Part shown: positions 11,301-22,838 of the stretch, in pieces | Position numbering within the stretch: position 1 is the first letter of the stretch | Layout of the letters: the number at the start of each line of letters is the position of its first letter | Source of the DNA: Macrostomum lignano | Taxonomy: Eukaryota | Assembly (NCBI GenBank): GCA_002269645.1 | Contig: NIVC01000566.1 | Location: 436,189 to 500,188 of the forward strand | Direction of reading: 5' to 3' | DNA length: 64,000 nt | Notes under the pieces: generated by a model | What the model saw: only the letters and a program-made list of their open reading frames with translations | Database searches by the model: none | What the model was told of the DNA's origin: nothing | Translations under genes and position numbers: made by a program

Positions 11301-14300
11301 ACGTCTGTAGGGTCTCGCGCGATCAATAATTTCCGTTTCTTGTTTTTCCCTCGCCAGCCAATGAAAACTCTCCGCATACATTATGTTAACCCTCCTGCGC
11401 TCCTTTATTAACCCCCGCCTGGCGGCGGCCTGGAGGGGTTTTCTCTTCTGCCCTTCGCTGCGCTTTTTGGCGTCTTGTTTTCCTTCTCTCTCCTGGCTGC
11501 CCCGAGCCTCCTTATCTCTCGCCACGGCTCCTCTGTCTGGGCCAGCCTGTTTACGCACTAGTACTCCACTGTGTACTGCCACGGGCTAACGCCCAATCTC
11601 GCCACTACTTGTCTGCCTGTCTACTCGCTACTCACTGCCATCACTGTGCTCACCGCCATCACTTACCACGTTGCGTCGCCATTGCATCCTTCGTCAGCTA
11701 CTTGACTTCATATTCTAATTACATCAATTATTGTTGCAGCCGCCAGTGCCCCAGAACGCTATAAGTTTTGTATTGACATTAACCAATTATAATATTGATC
11801 TCGACAATAAATTAGCTTACGGCAGTTCCCTGCCTTTATACGCCAAGTGCTCCGCTACACAATCTGCTTCGCAAGAATTGATTTCACAATTACTTTTGGA
11901 CTACAACGACTTATCGACAATTCTCGTCAAACGGCCCTTTTAAGGGTTATAGCCACCACGCCAATAACGTGACAGTTTCCAATCTAGCTAGAGTAAATAT
12001 TCGTGCATTAGGATCATAATATTATATTTATTAAAGCGTGCTTTACTATACAAAAAAATATGAAGACGAAACCACCCGTTGAAAAATTATGGGAACAATT
12101 TGTGGGAACATTTGGTAGCTTATGGCAATTTATGGCTAAATAGTGGTAAATTTTGGTAACTTGTGGTTACTTTTCAAGTTTAAGAGGTGGGCGCCGCCGT
12201 GGCGTACGCTGATTGGCTATCTGTTTGGCAACTTTTAGGAACATTGAGCGCAGCGAATGGTAACTTTTGGTAACTTTTTGGAGAGGTAAAAAAATGGCAA
12301 CATTTTGGAAACTTTTGGTAACTTTTAGCACTTTTTGGTGAGTTTTTGGGAATTTTCGGCAACTTATGGTAACTTATCAGTGGCCTCATGAGTGGCGGGC
12401 GCCCTGCATGACTCATTACGTATGGAAACTTTTGGGAACTTTTCTAATAAATTGGTAACATCTGGTAACTTTCATATGAGGTGTGCCTTGGAAAGAACAA
12501 GTACGATGTTAATTAAATTATGAATGCAGTAGAAGTTCTCGAAAGCAACTTTAAAGGTCGGAACTATGTTTAATAAGTATCATGCTGATGATGGTATTTG
12601 TTAAAAGTTAAATTTATCTGCCCTATATATCGATCTATTTTAAATGACTGATACGCCAGTCATGGCGTGCACGTCCACCATCAGCGGCCATACTACTAGC
12701 TATATTCTGATATTGCGCTTATCATCAGACATCTTAGGCAACCTGGGAAGATAATTTACTTAATGTGTTACATGATGATGTTATCTTTGTGTAATATCTC
12801 CAGACTCTCGTGACTCTCATAAATCCACCTATACTAAATCGTTTTCTATATATAGATCATAATCGAATTTACAGATGGAACTTCCGTAGAGTTTGTATGC
12901 AGGTGTTAATTTTAGCTATATGAAATCTTACTTTTTATTAATGAACATCCAGGGTACATACAATGTATTTTATTACGTGATAGTGTTTAGATAGCATCAC
13001 ATAGTCGTTTTTTATTTTAAAGAAATTAGCGTCTAGTTTTGCTTGTTTGCTAAGGTAAATTATGCAAAAGTAGGTTGATAATTGTAGGCATGTACTAGAC
13101 ATAGTAGTAATATTTCTTATTTTTCAAGTACACAATTCCTGATCATAATGTCATATTAACCAGGTACGACAATCCATGTTTTCTATTACACACTCAGAAA
13201 AGATGTTTTGTAAAAATTCAAGCTAAATTAGACTGTGATATGAATGAACTGCATGTATCAGTAGAAATAGCTAAGTAACTTTTTATTAAAAAATGTGCAT
13301 TCATATGCCAATTTGCAATTTTGGAAATTAAGTATTAGAACTTAATGAGTATGAAAATATATTTCAACTGAGGTTATTTTAATCAGTCAAAATTAAGCAG
13401 AAATTAAGCAGAAGCACTATATTAATGTATTAAATTTGTATCATTTTGTTGCATTAAACAAAACAAGCTGAACCAAACAGGTTATAGGAATAAATACTAA
13501 TTATAACTTTAATTTGTTAATTTCCTATTTGCATGGCATTATAGTCAAAAAATTATAACTACAATATTTTTGGCATTGCCACTAAGTATGTCCTTTGTAC
13601 TATATCACTGTAGTAGTTGAATGCAATTTTTATGATACTTTCTAGTATACATGCATATATAATTTTAAGCTAGTTTGATCAGCCATTACTTGTTAGCCTG
13701 CTAAAACTATAATACTTGGACAATTCTATGTGATGGTCAAATGTGTATATGTGAATAAGATGGTCATGTGAGTATGAAGATCATGAAACAAAGGTCTTTA
13801 TCAATTAAAACTCTGATTTGAATTGGTAAAACCAGACTTATTAAAGCTCTAGATAGAAATATTATGAAAGAAGCTTTAGTTCTAGTAAAGCAAGAACTAG
13901 TATATAATTGTATACAATAATTCACTTGAGATACCTATCTTACGGCTTTTTTATTTACCCCCTCAACTGATCTCAACTTATCTGTTTCATACACAACAAG
14001 CTAATTTTGCTGAGCATCATGTTTATAGGTTAAGCACGCTTTAAGTTTATCGGTTGCGTTTCCTGTTTTTTATATCCCCTAGATTCTCATGTCTCAGACC
14101 TCATCACTCCACACCGCCATAATAATAAAGTATTAATTTTCAAATTCTGGCCCAGCTAATATCCCATTAAAAATGCATGGATTGTCTGCGTTAGTAATTC
14201 CTTTAGTTAAACTTCTGTGCAACTCATGCACTCACTACAACATTTGCAGGATTACCTTATCAATGTTACTCGATTTTATATCAATGCTGCCACATCAATA

Positions 14301-14447
14301 TTATTCATAATCTACCATTCCAGATTGCAGATTACCAAATTCGAGGGCCACATCGACCGACGACTACGCTCTACAGTTGTTAGAGCGCCAAGAGGCCGTT
14401 CTCCCTACGCCAACCGAGATTAACCAAGACCCACTAAAACACTAGTT

Positions 14448-15819
14448 ATGGCAAGCTTGTCTTACGAAAACCCACCATTCTGGGTAGTTCAAGGCACAGA
14501 AACTAACAATAGACAATGCTATGCAATATCTGTAAGGAGAATTGTGAAACCGTCACCAGCGCCTACACAGCAATTCGCGAAAGTGTTGGTGAACTTATCG
14601 TCCCACAACACACGACACACAAAGCCTCAGCTGCTACAGGCGGAACTATTAAAGGGCCCATTCGATAACAAGGAGGCTGCGTCTCGCGCTATGCAGTGTT
14701 GTCAATTGCCAGACGAAACTTATTGCATCGACTTGGATTGCGATAGTTGCAGCGTTGCAGCGATAGTTGCAACGAAAGATGGCCGTTGTCGAGGAGCAGA
14801 TGGACAGGCTCAAAAACGAGCTTCAAAGCGCCAAAGCGGCAGCGTCTGAAAGGCACGACTTGCTACTGAAGGAGGTGGATGCGCACAAGTCGACGCAGAG
14901 GCGCTTGGAGGTGGCTAATGCTGAGATGGATGACCTGCGCCAAGAAATTGGTCGTCTCAGAACGACCGGCGAATCATCCGAATTTCAATCCAACGTTATG
15001 CGGATTATGCAAGACTTTGCCGCTCAAAGCCTTGCAACAAGCCAAACCCCAGCTTCGGTAGCTCCTGCTATTCACGCTTCCCCATCGATCGAGGTCATAT
15101 CCGAGATTCTGGGAGAAGACCAACGAGTGCCGCTTCTGGCATCCGCCCCGAACGTGACTATTACAAGAGAGCAGAAGGCAGCTATTGAGCATGCGGTCGC
15201 TGAACTCCGTCGCGAGCCGGGTGACAAGCAGTTGCGAAAGCTCACCAGACTCCTCATTCGTTCCCTTTTTTCGACCTCGGAATTGTGCGTGACTACCGTG
15301 TCTGGCATGGCCAAGAAGCAGCAAATTCGTATGCCAGCGAATTGTCATATTGTGAGGACAATTACTCAGTTCCTCACAGCTGCTTCTCCTAATCCTCTAC
15401 CAGACGGTCTTTTCCGCAATTCATTCAAATATTGCTCGTTGGATGCCCGCCGGAAAAAGAAAAGGATCGATTCTAGTGCGCTAAGAAGCGGCGGGACCGA
15501 TCAGTCCTCCTCAACCAAGACGAGTGCGCTAAGAAGCGGCGGGACCGATCAGTCCTCCTCAACCAAGACGAGTGCGCTAAGAAGCGGCGGGACCGATCAG
15601 TCCTCCTCAACCAAGACGAGTGCGCTAAGAAGCGGCGGGACCGATCAGTCCTCCTCAACCGAGACGAGTGCGCTAAGTGGCGGCGGGACCGATCAGTCCT
15701 CCTCAACCGAGACGAGTGCGCTAAGTGGCGGCGGGACAATAAAAAAAGGGGAGAAGCGAACAAAGCAGCAACCTTCTCGGAGCTCAAAGAGATCAAAGAG
15801 AAATGTTCGCGAAACCTAG
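14448..15819 (+). CDS. Coiled-coil + BEN-domain protein (two overlapping ORFs 14448-14849 and 14767-15819, likely joined by a short intron or frameshift)
   Basis: LTRLLIRSLFSTSELCVTTVSG...FRNSFKYCSLDARRKK fits the BEN pattern (LLxxLFxxxEL..sv.G ... kc..aRRk). Heptad-rich coiled coil precedes it. Confidence 0.65.
15475..15737 (+). repeat. 48-bp coding tandem repeat x5.5 (SALRSGGTDQSSSTKT)
   Basis: Period 48 (15475, 15523, ...), in frame in the BEN ORF. Confidence 0.95.
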
Positions 15820-16440
15820 ACAGTTTTTTGTAATATTCCCCCAGTCCGTGTACTCGTATGCTGCTGCTAATAAGCTTTACGGCTATTCGTTTTCGACTAA
15901 TTGCAACTGCGTCAAACATGTGCCGGGATTAGTGTACGGGAATCAAAATATTTTTTTAATTGTTAAATGAATTGCTGTTCCATTGTTGAAACTGTTTAAA
16001 TTCAACTAGATTACCTTTGCCTTAAATTTTTTGCTCCACGTTAACTTTTGTTTGAATTTAATTTGGATGACATTGTTGTTCTTTCTCTTCATCAATACTC
16101 ACACTGCATTTACTATGTATAGTGTGCTTTTGGTAATCTTTTTATGTTTTTCACTGTTATGTTAAGTCGTTATATTGCATTCTCATACTGCTGTTTCCTT
16201 CTTTTTTCACTGCTACAAACTACTAGCCAATCAGCATCTTTTGCATTTACAGTGTTATAAATACACACCTAACAAACTGTTTCTCCCATTTTGTTACGCA
16301 GATCCACTACCAAACTCAAAACTCTTGAGAGAATTTTACCTTAACTTCTATTTGCTTTTAATCAGAAGTGAATAATTATTACAATGGGAAATTGTCAGCC
16401 TAAGCAATTTTCTTACAATAGGCAAATTAAACCATCAATT

Positions 16441-16690
16441 GTAACTTTTGGTAACTTTTGGGAGCTTCTCACCAGAAGCGAATGGAAACATCAATGGCAA
16501 CTTTTGGGAACTTATGGGAGCTTCTCAACAGAAACGAATGGAAACATCAATGGCAACTTTTGGTAACTTTTGGGAGCTTCTCACCAGAAGCGAATGGAAA
16601 CATCAATGGCAACTTTTGGTAACTTTTGGGAGCTTCTCACCAGAAGCGAATGGAAACATCAATGGCAACTTTTGGGAACTTTTGGGAACT
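16441..16690. repeat. 56-bp subterminal tandem repeat x4+
   Basis: gggagcttctc at 16460, 16516, 16572, 16628. Confidence 0.9.
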
Positions 16691-17553
16691 CCCTATCCCC
16701 TTACGTGTAAATTTGAAATGGTAACTTTTGGTAACTTTTCTGCAAAAAGTTACCATATTCCGGCCCTCTGATTGGCTATGTGTGTAAATGTTTCCTAACG
16801 CGTACGCCTTCCGATTGGCTGCGAGAATGGTAACTTTTTGGTAACTTTCATAGGCAAAAGTTCCTGTAAATGTTTCCATAATTTTTCAACGGGTTGGAAG
16901 TACGAGAAAACATCTGCCTCTGCCTCTGCCTCTGCCTCTGCCTCTCACTAGTTCAAAACATATGTAAGATCTTAATTAGTTTGCGGCCGACTAGATACTT
17001 ATAAACTTCTAGCTAGTGGTCCTCAACTGCGACTCCGGAAAACTGATCTTTTGGGAATGTATTCTATCATCTCCGAAGAAGTCAACACGGTGACATCTAC
17101 TAGCTCGTATATTACGCCAAATTGCATAATGTCACAATGGAGAAACTAATGATGAGCGGAGACTTGCAGAAAATACAAAATCGATACTAATCAGCAGGAG
17201 AAAAAAGTTTTTTACACGTTGAATTATGCGCAGGTATGCTATGCTATGTACTGTGCTCTGTACGATATCCTGGCAGATGATCTGCAGACTTGCTCAGTGC
17301 CGAGTACACGGTCATTTGAAGGAAAATTTGCTGGAAAATACAGTCGCTGGCGGAGAGGCCACAATACTCTACAGAAGCGAAGACAGGAAGCAGAACTAAA
17401 CTGAACTACGAGTAGACTGCTCTGAATTCCAGACTGAAAAGCTGCTGCTGCTCATATAGAGTTGAAATTGATGAAATAAGGGAACTCAATATATAATCGA
17501 TAAGATTGCCAGCAAAACCTGATTAATCGTTTTGGAAAACGGTTTGCAGCAAA

Positions 17554-18136
17554 ATGAATATCCGACCCTTCCTTTTTCGATTCATTTTGCTTTGTCTGGT
17601 CTTCGAGACTTCCGCCGCAGACGACAAGGTGGACTTCGTGAAGCAGACTGCGTCCGTCAACTACAACGTTTTCAGAGCCGGATTAAGGACCACTAGGAAC
17701 ACTTTACTATATAGTCTAGTAGTCCTTGAGCCGGATACGAGCTGAGACTGCCGGTGGCAATCCCCAGACTGAATGTGGAAAGTGGCAAAGATTTTGAGGT
17801 CAAAATGACGGTTCGAGTGTCCGCAAATGGAGCTGTCGGCGAGTTGGTCTTTCAATGCAAATCCTTTTCAAGGTTATCGGAACTTAAGAAAAAATCAATA
17901 TTGACCCAAAAATCTTTCAGAGTAGTTTGACCAAGCTCAACGGAGTACAACAATCTAAGCCACTGCTAAGCGACAACGTGTTCCTGAATAACGTCAACAA
18001 CATTCTCTCGTTCGTCCAGAACTGGGACACTTACGCCAAGCCAAGGCTTTTGGAAATTTGGATAGCGGAAACTACTGGACGGGTGAGTGAGTCTGACTGG
18101 AGTTGCACGTCTTATCAAGGACCACTGCTGCTGTAG
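17554..18136 (+). pseudogene. Frameshifted remnant of a secreted-protein gene, interrupted by the LINE (continues at 22881-22945)
   Basis: Signal-peptide-like MNIRPFLFRFILLCLVFETSA, followed by protein-like stretches in shifting frames (AGYELRLPVAIPRLNVESG...; LLSDNVFLNNVNNILSFVQNWDTY...). Family not recognised. Confidence 0.35.
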
Positions 18137-18155
18137 TTGTTGTTGTTGTTGCTAC

Positions 18156-21100
18156 TCACGCTACCAACGGTGAGGGCTGCTCCAGTGGTGGGTGACTCCT
18201 ATACCACCGCCAGAACTTGAGGACGCCTTCGCTGGAACGGTTTAGGTCGTTCAGCGCCATCACGTCCCACTCACTTCTCTGACGGAAAGTTGCCGGGCAT
18301 TGGACTATGTGGGACACGGTTTCCTCCTCGCCGCGGCACATCCTGCAGTGGCCGTTCTCCACCTTCTTTATACGCTTGCAATAGGCTCCGAGCTCGAGTG
18401 AGTGACCGGTTCTCATTCTCATGAAGCTGGTCGCCTCCTCTCTGCTGCCGTAACAGGGGTGTTTGGCCGGTCCTCTGGTGCCGTAAGTATCGCGGGAGCG
18501 CTGGTGCGAGCGCGTCTCACTGGCCTTCAGCTCCCGAGCTAGCTGCTTCACAACCACGCTGGCGAGGACCGGGGTGTCCTCCTGCTGAGAGCGAACGGCT
18601 GCTCCTGCCAGACGGTCAGCCTCCTCGTTGCCCCAGAGGCCACAATGCGCGGGCACCCATCTCCACTCGAAGGTGACTCCGCCCTCGCGGAGGCGGGCGG
18701 CCAGGGCTTGAATTTCCACAGCTATCGGGTTCCTTGAGTGCCCGCGGAGCGCCTGCAGACTGCTTTTGCTATCCGTGATCACCCAGACTCTCCTCTTCTC
18801 CACTCTGAGGTGCTCTAGGAGGTTCAGAGCGCCTTCCATCGCTCTGAGCTCGGCTTGGAGTGAGGAACACGGGCGACCAGCCGGCCGTGTCATTTCAGCA
18901 AGTATCTCTCCTCTGCATCCTGGGTCGCCTGGTTCTGGCTTCACAATGATGGCTCCTCCTCCGCCGCAACCGTCCGACACGGATCCGTCAGAGAAGATGA
19001 CCACATCCGGGGGCGGTCCTTCGGTGCGCAGAAGCTGGTGGGCCAGCGACAGGTTTTCCTCCTGGCTCGGCGCCCGGCAGGCATCAGCGTGGAAGTCCTT
19101 CGCGTTGCCCTTCTTCCAGGGGGGTAGAGGATGCCCATCTCCAGTCCTGGCGACCTCGTCTAACTTGAACCTGGCCAGTAGCTCCCCAGCCGCCGATCTC
19201 CAGTCGCGTCTAGTGCTGCCACCTCGCTGTCGGCGAGCTTCCTCATTCCTGGTCATTTTGTACCTGGCCGATTCCTCATTGAGGCGGAGCCATCGGTCGA
19301 GCTTCGCCGCCCAACGGATCTCGCACGTCGTTCTTAGGGGTCCAATATCACTCTCGGCTTTCAGGGCGTCTAGCGGTGTAGTTTGGACTAGACCGCTCAC
19401 TATTCGAGCTGCCGTTCTATCTAGGACTTCGAGCCGCCGCCAGCTTTCCTCGCTGAGCCAGGGCGTCCACGCGCAGGCCCCGTAGAGGATGCGGCTGCGG
19501 ATGAGGGCGGTATGCGTCTGCCGGAGTAGGTTGCTTTCCCACCCCCAGTCGCTGCCTGCGAGCCTGCGCATGAGGTTCACCCTGCTGCGACACGCCTCGA
19601 TGACGTTAGCAACGTGTTGGGTGAAACGGAGGCTCCGGTCGTACGTGAGACCCAGGAACTTGGGGTTCGGGTCCCATCGGAGGTCGTCATTGTTGAATCG
19701 TACGGACCGGCTCGGTTCGCTGGGCTTTCCTTGCGTAAAGAGGGTGGTGGTGCACTTAGCCGCAGCGGCTGGGAGCAGCCATTTCCGGCTCCATTCGCTC
19801 ACGACGTTCGCTGCCGCCTGTTGCATGTTCGTCGCCTCCTCAGCTCGTGTAGCGCATGACCAGGTGGCCAGGTCGTCTGCAAAGCCGCTGACTTCCACTC
19901 CGGGGAGCTTGCTCAGGCTGTTGAGAAGGTCGTCCACGAAAATCACGAAGAGGATGGGCGACAGGGCCGAGCCTTGGGGAAGCCCCTGTTTGAACTGCTC
20001 TCGCCGACCATCGGTTCCCTCAACGTTGACACAGGCCAGGCGGTTCGTTAGCCATCCTTGGATCCAACGGACAATCCGCGGCCCCACACCCTTGTCTAGC
20101 ATCTTGATTAGGAGGGCGTCACGCCACACCTTATCAAAGGCACGTTCGAAATCAAACAGCGTGAGCAGCGTAATGTCTCCCCTCTTGAAGGCGTCCTCGA
20201 TGGCTTGAGTCAACCTCAAGAGCTGGTCTTCAGCTGACCTGCCCGCACGGAAGCCCGCCTGGCAATCGCTGAGTCTCCCGGCACTTTCCAGCTTGTGGGT
20301 GATTCTTCGGACTATGATGCGCTCCATCCACTTGCTTAGACAGGATGTTAGGCTCACGGGCCTGTAGGATCCGATTTCCTGCTTTGGTTTCCCTCCCTTG
20401 AGCAGGGGGATGATCCTAGCCGTGCGCCAATTTTGTGGCGCGGATCCTTCAGCGAATAGCCTGTTGAACAGCTGCAGGACGGCCTCTAGCGCTTCGGTTG
20501 GCAGTTCCCGGAGGAGCCTGGGGTGGATGTGGTCCATCCCGGCAGCTTTGTTGGCATTCATATCATGGAGAGCGTCCTGGAGCTCGTTCAGCGTGAGCGG
20601 TTGGCAATCTTCCGGGTCTGGCGAGATGTTGCTCTCTCTTAGGCGGGCGTTGACGTCGCGGCGGGCCCAGCGGTGGCTTTTCTCAATTCTCACATCGCTG
20701 ACCTTCGCGTAGGTCTTCGCGAAGATGTTGGCTTTGGCTCTCGCCGATATGTATGTGCGGCCTTGGTGAGTCAGCCCTTGGCTTTCCGTCTTGGCTAGGG
20801 TGCCTTTGAGTTGCTTAAGGACCGTCCACATCTTCGCGTTGGTCGCATTCGTGGCGAGGTGCTGCCTCCAGGCCTGCCTTTTGTGCTCTTTAATCTTCTC
20901 GGAGATGGCCGCTTCTGCTTCTTTCCACTCCTCAGACGACTCTCCTTTCTCCGTCCTAATGGCGTCTCTCTCCACCAGGTCCGCCCTAATGTCTTCGGTG
21001 AGGCAGTCCCGGTTCCTGGTCCTCCTAACAACCACGCCGATCGCTTTTCTGGCGGCATTCGTGATGATGTCCCGTAACCTTCTCTCAGCTATGCTGGTCG

Positions 21101-22838
21101 ATATCACCCGCAGCTCTTCTCCGCCCTCGGCAATGCTTGTCCGGATTTCTTCCCGGAATGCCGTCCAATCAGCATTCTTCCAATTCCAGCTGACGAGTTT
21201 CCTCGATTTAGCTTTATCGGTGCAGTCTCCTCTGCTAGTGATTAGCACCGGTTTGTGGTCGGAGCTGAGGGCGCTGGTAGCCTGCCACTCCCATGCCTCG
21301 TCCAGGGTATGGCAGAAGGCGACGTCCGGACTCGAGTGGAACCTGCCGTCCTTGCTGCTCCTAGTGCAACTTCCGTCGTTAAGCACCGACATCTCGTGGA
21401 GGTCCGCCCACTCCATCACCGCTACGCCTCTGTTATCCTCCGCCACTAGATTGTCCCACATCGAGTGGTGCGCATTCCAGTCTCCGGCAACTATCCAATC
21501 AGGACCGCCCGGGATCCTCATGATGTCCTCCTTGCTGATTTGGATGGTGTTGTGTGGCGGGAGGTACAGGTTCGCTATGTTGACGTGCGTCGGCTGGCTG
21601 GGGCCGGCCAGGTAGACCCTGATGCACTGTAGCTCGATTCCGCAGTCTTCTTCGTGCGATGCTGTGGTCAATTCCTTGAACTGCACGCCGTGTTTGACGA
21701 AGGTGAGTAGTCCTCCGCCCCGCGCCTTGTCTCTGCATATCCGTCTACTGCGATCTTTACGTATGGCCGTGAAGCCAGCCAGCTCGACATCGCCGTCCTC
21801 GGCCCTCAGCTTGGTCTCTTGAAGAAGGAGCACGTCGATGTTCTGTCGCTCGATGAAGTCTTCAATTTCTGGAGCCTTCGCTCTGAAGTGGTCGCAGTTC
21901 CAGACTCCGATCCTAAGCTTCCTGAGCTGGTGGTTGATCGGAGCTCTAGTGCTAGCTTCGGGTGGGGGGCTCACGGTTCTCTTCTGTTGCTTGGCTTCGT
22001 CCTCTCTACATTCTTTGCAGCACCAATTGCTTAGCCTTTTGACTTTGTCGATTTGCTTCCTGGTGGAGAGCTCCGTGCAGCTCCAGTGCACTTGCTTCGA
22101 GCACACCCTGCACGAGGTCCCAAGCCCGCGCTTGCGATACCGGTGGCAGATAGCACACCTACCCGCTTTACCCTCCGCGTCGGTGGCCCGGGGAATGGCG
22201 TTGTTGTTGCCGTCTCTCTCGGGATCGGTCGTCAGGTCATTGTCCCCGTCCAGGCTAGTGCAGCCCCTGCACCGCCAGGAATCCTGGATCTGACTTTGCC
22301 TCCAGCGGCTGACTCCGGTGCAGCTCTTGTGGGTCACCTCATCACAACCTTGGCATCTAACGGCTTGGTTCCCGGCTCTGATGGCTCTGTGGCAGTTCAG
22401 GCAGATCCGCCGCTCGGATCTGCTGGCAGTCTTCTGTTCTTCAGCTTTCCTCTCTTTCCGCAACGCCGCCTCATGCTCGGCCGGCTGGGAGCCATTTGCT
22501 GGCTTCGCATTGCTGGTAGCGCAGCAGGGCCCGGTCCAGCCGGTGTTTCCGGTCTCGGCAGCATAGAAGGCGACTCTGCGGAGGCCGCTGCATTTCAGGT
22601 GGGCGTGGTGGTCACAAGCCTGGCACTTCGGTCCTCTTCCGGTCGTCCTCTTTCCGCAGACTCCGCAAAGAGCGGTCTTACTTTTGGGTCCTGGGTTGGC
22701 CTCAATGTCTCCCGAGCGTAGTAGCAGCTTCATCATGTAGGTAGCTTTCCCGGTTTCGATGGTCACCGAGGTGTGAGTAGAATGCCTGCGTTCGTAGCGA
22801 TCGCTTGATAAGCCCTGATCACTAGTACCCCGGCACAC
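18156..22838 (-). CDS. LINE polyprotein: 2A-like peptide, 3 PHD fingers, APE endonuclease, reverse transcriptase, RNase H, C-terminal CCHC (first AUG at 22736)
   Basis: GDIEANPGP; three CxxC..CxxC..H..C..W.CxxC-like fingers (the first ends WTGPCC). APE: WNC, LQETK, GDWNAHH, SDH. RT: YRPVSLTS, QAGFR, DFERAFD, PQGS, FADD. RNase H: FSDGS, AEL, TDS, WVPAHCG..GNEEAD. CRMC..H..C at the C-terminus. Confidence 0.95.
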   Translation of the reverse strand: MCRGTSDQGLSSDRYERRHSTHTSVTIETGKATYMMKLLLRSGDIEANPGPKSKTALCGVCGKRTTGRGPKCQACDHHAHLKCSGLRRVAFYAAETGNTGWTGPCCATSNAKPANGSQPAEHEAALRKERKAEEQKTASRSERRICLNCHRAIRAGNQAVRCQGCDEVTHKSCTGVSRWRQSQIQDSWRCRGCTSLDGDNDLTTDPERDGNNNAIPRATDAEGKAGRCAICHRYRKRGLGTSCRVCSKQVHWSCTELSTRKQIDKVKRLSNWCCKECREDEAKQQKRTVSPPPEASTRAPINHQLRKLRIGVWNCDHFRAKAPEIEDFIERQNIDVLLLQETKLRAEDGDVELAGFTAIRKDRSRRICRDKARGGGLLTFVKHGVQFKELTTASHEEDCGIELQCIRVYLAGPSQPTHVNIANLYLPPHNTIQISKEDIMRIPGGPDWIVAGDWNAHHSMWDNLVAEDNRGVAVMEWADLHEMSVLNDGSCTRSSKDGRFHSSPDVAFCHTLDEAWEWQATSALSSDHKPVLITSRGDCTDKAKSRKLVSWNWKNADWTAFREEIRTSIAEGGEELRVISTSIAERRLRDIITNAARKAIGVVVRRTRNRDCLTEDIRADLVERDAIRTEKGESSEEWKEAEAAISEKIKEHKRQAWRQHLATNATNAKMWTVLKQLKGTLAKTESQGLTHQGRTYISARAKANIFAKTYAKVSDVRIEKSHRWARRDVNARLRESNISPDPEDCQPLTLNELQDALHDMNANKAAGMDHIHPRLLRELPTEALEAVLQLFNRLFAEGSAPQNWRTARIIPLLKGGKPKQEIGSYRPVSLTSCLSKWMERIIVRRITHKLESAGRLSDCQAGFRAGRSAEDQLLRLTQAIEDAFKRGDITLLTLFDFERAFDKVWRDALLIKMLDKGVGPRIVRWIQGWLTNRLACVNVEGTDGRREQFKQGLPQGSALSPILFVIFVDDLLNSLSKLPGVEVSGFADDLATWSCATRAEEATNMQQAAANVVSEWSRKWLLPAAAAKCTTTLFTQGKPSEPSRSVRFNNDDLRWDPNPKFLGLTYDRSLRFTQHVANVIEACRSRVNLMRRLAGSDWGWESNLLRQTHTALIRSRILYGACAWTPWLSEESWRRLEVLDRTAARIVSGLVQTTPLDALKAESDIGPLRTTCEIRWAAKLDRWLRLNEESARYKMTRNEEARRQRGGSTRRDWRSAAGELLARFKLDEVARTGDGHPLPPWKKGNAKDFHADACRAPSQEENLSLAHQLLRTEGPPPDVVIFSDGSVSDGCGGGGAIIVKPEPGDPGCRGEILAEMTRPAGRPCSSLQAELRAMEGALNLLEHLRVEKRRVWVITDSKSSLQALRGHSRNPIAVEIQALAARLREGGVTFEWRWVPAHCGLWGNEEADRLAGAAVRSQQEDTPVLASVVVKQLARELKASETRSHQRSRDTYGTRGPAKHPCYGSREEATSFMRMRTGHSLELGAYCKRIKKVENGHCRMCRGEEETVSHIVQCPATFRQRSEWDVMALNDLNRSSEGVLKFWRWYRSHPPLEQPSPLVA

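Larger units (their letters stand above)
12075..16893 (+). mobile_element. 4.8-kb TIR DNA transposon with subterminal repeats (CACTA/EnSpm-like architecture) carrying a BEN-domain gene
   Basis: Left end CCCGTTGAAAAATTATGGGAACA (12075) is the reverse complement of right end TGTTTCCATAATTTTTCAACGGG (to 16893) with 1 mismatch. Many GG(T/G/C)AACTTTT motifs within about 450 bp of both ends. No convincing TSD or transposase. Confidence 0.7.

Noticed and set aside
10600-11980. Possible Gypsy gag/protease remnant and LTR start (TGTCACG at about 11982, minus strand)
   Set aside because: Only vague knuckle-like (AYRC*PG..PNC) and protease-like fragments; no second LTR or TSD found.
12480-14400. Decayed EnSpm transposase inside the BEN element
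   Set aside because: Isolated tripeptides (TDG, NVH) only, at chance level in AT-rich DNA.
18766-22721. Plus-strand ORFs over the LINE (and antisense ORFs over the GT, GPCR, MFSD6 and FAAP100-like genes)
   Set aside because: Shadow ORFs of GC-rich coding sequence with no motifs.
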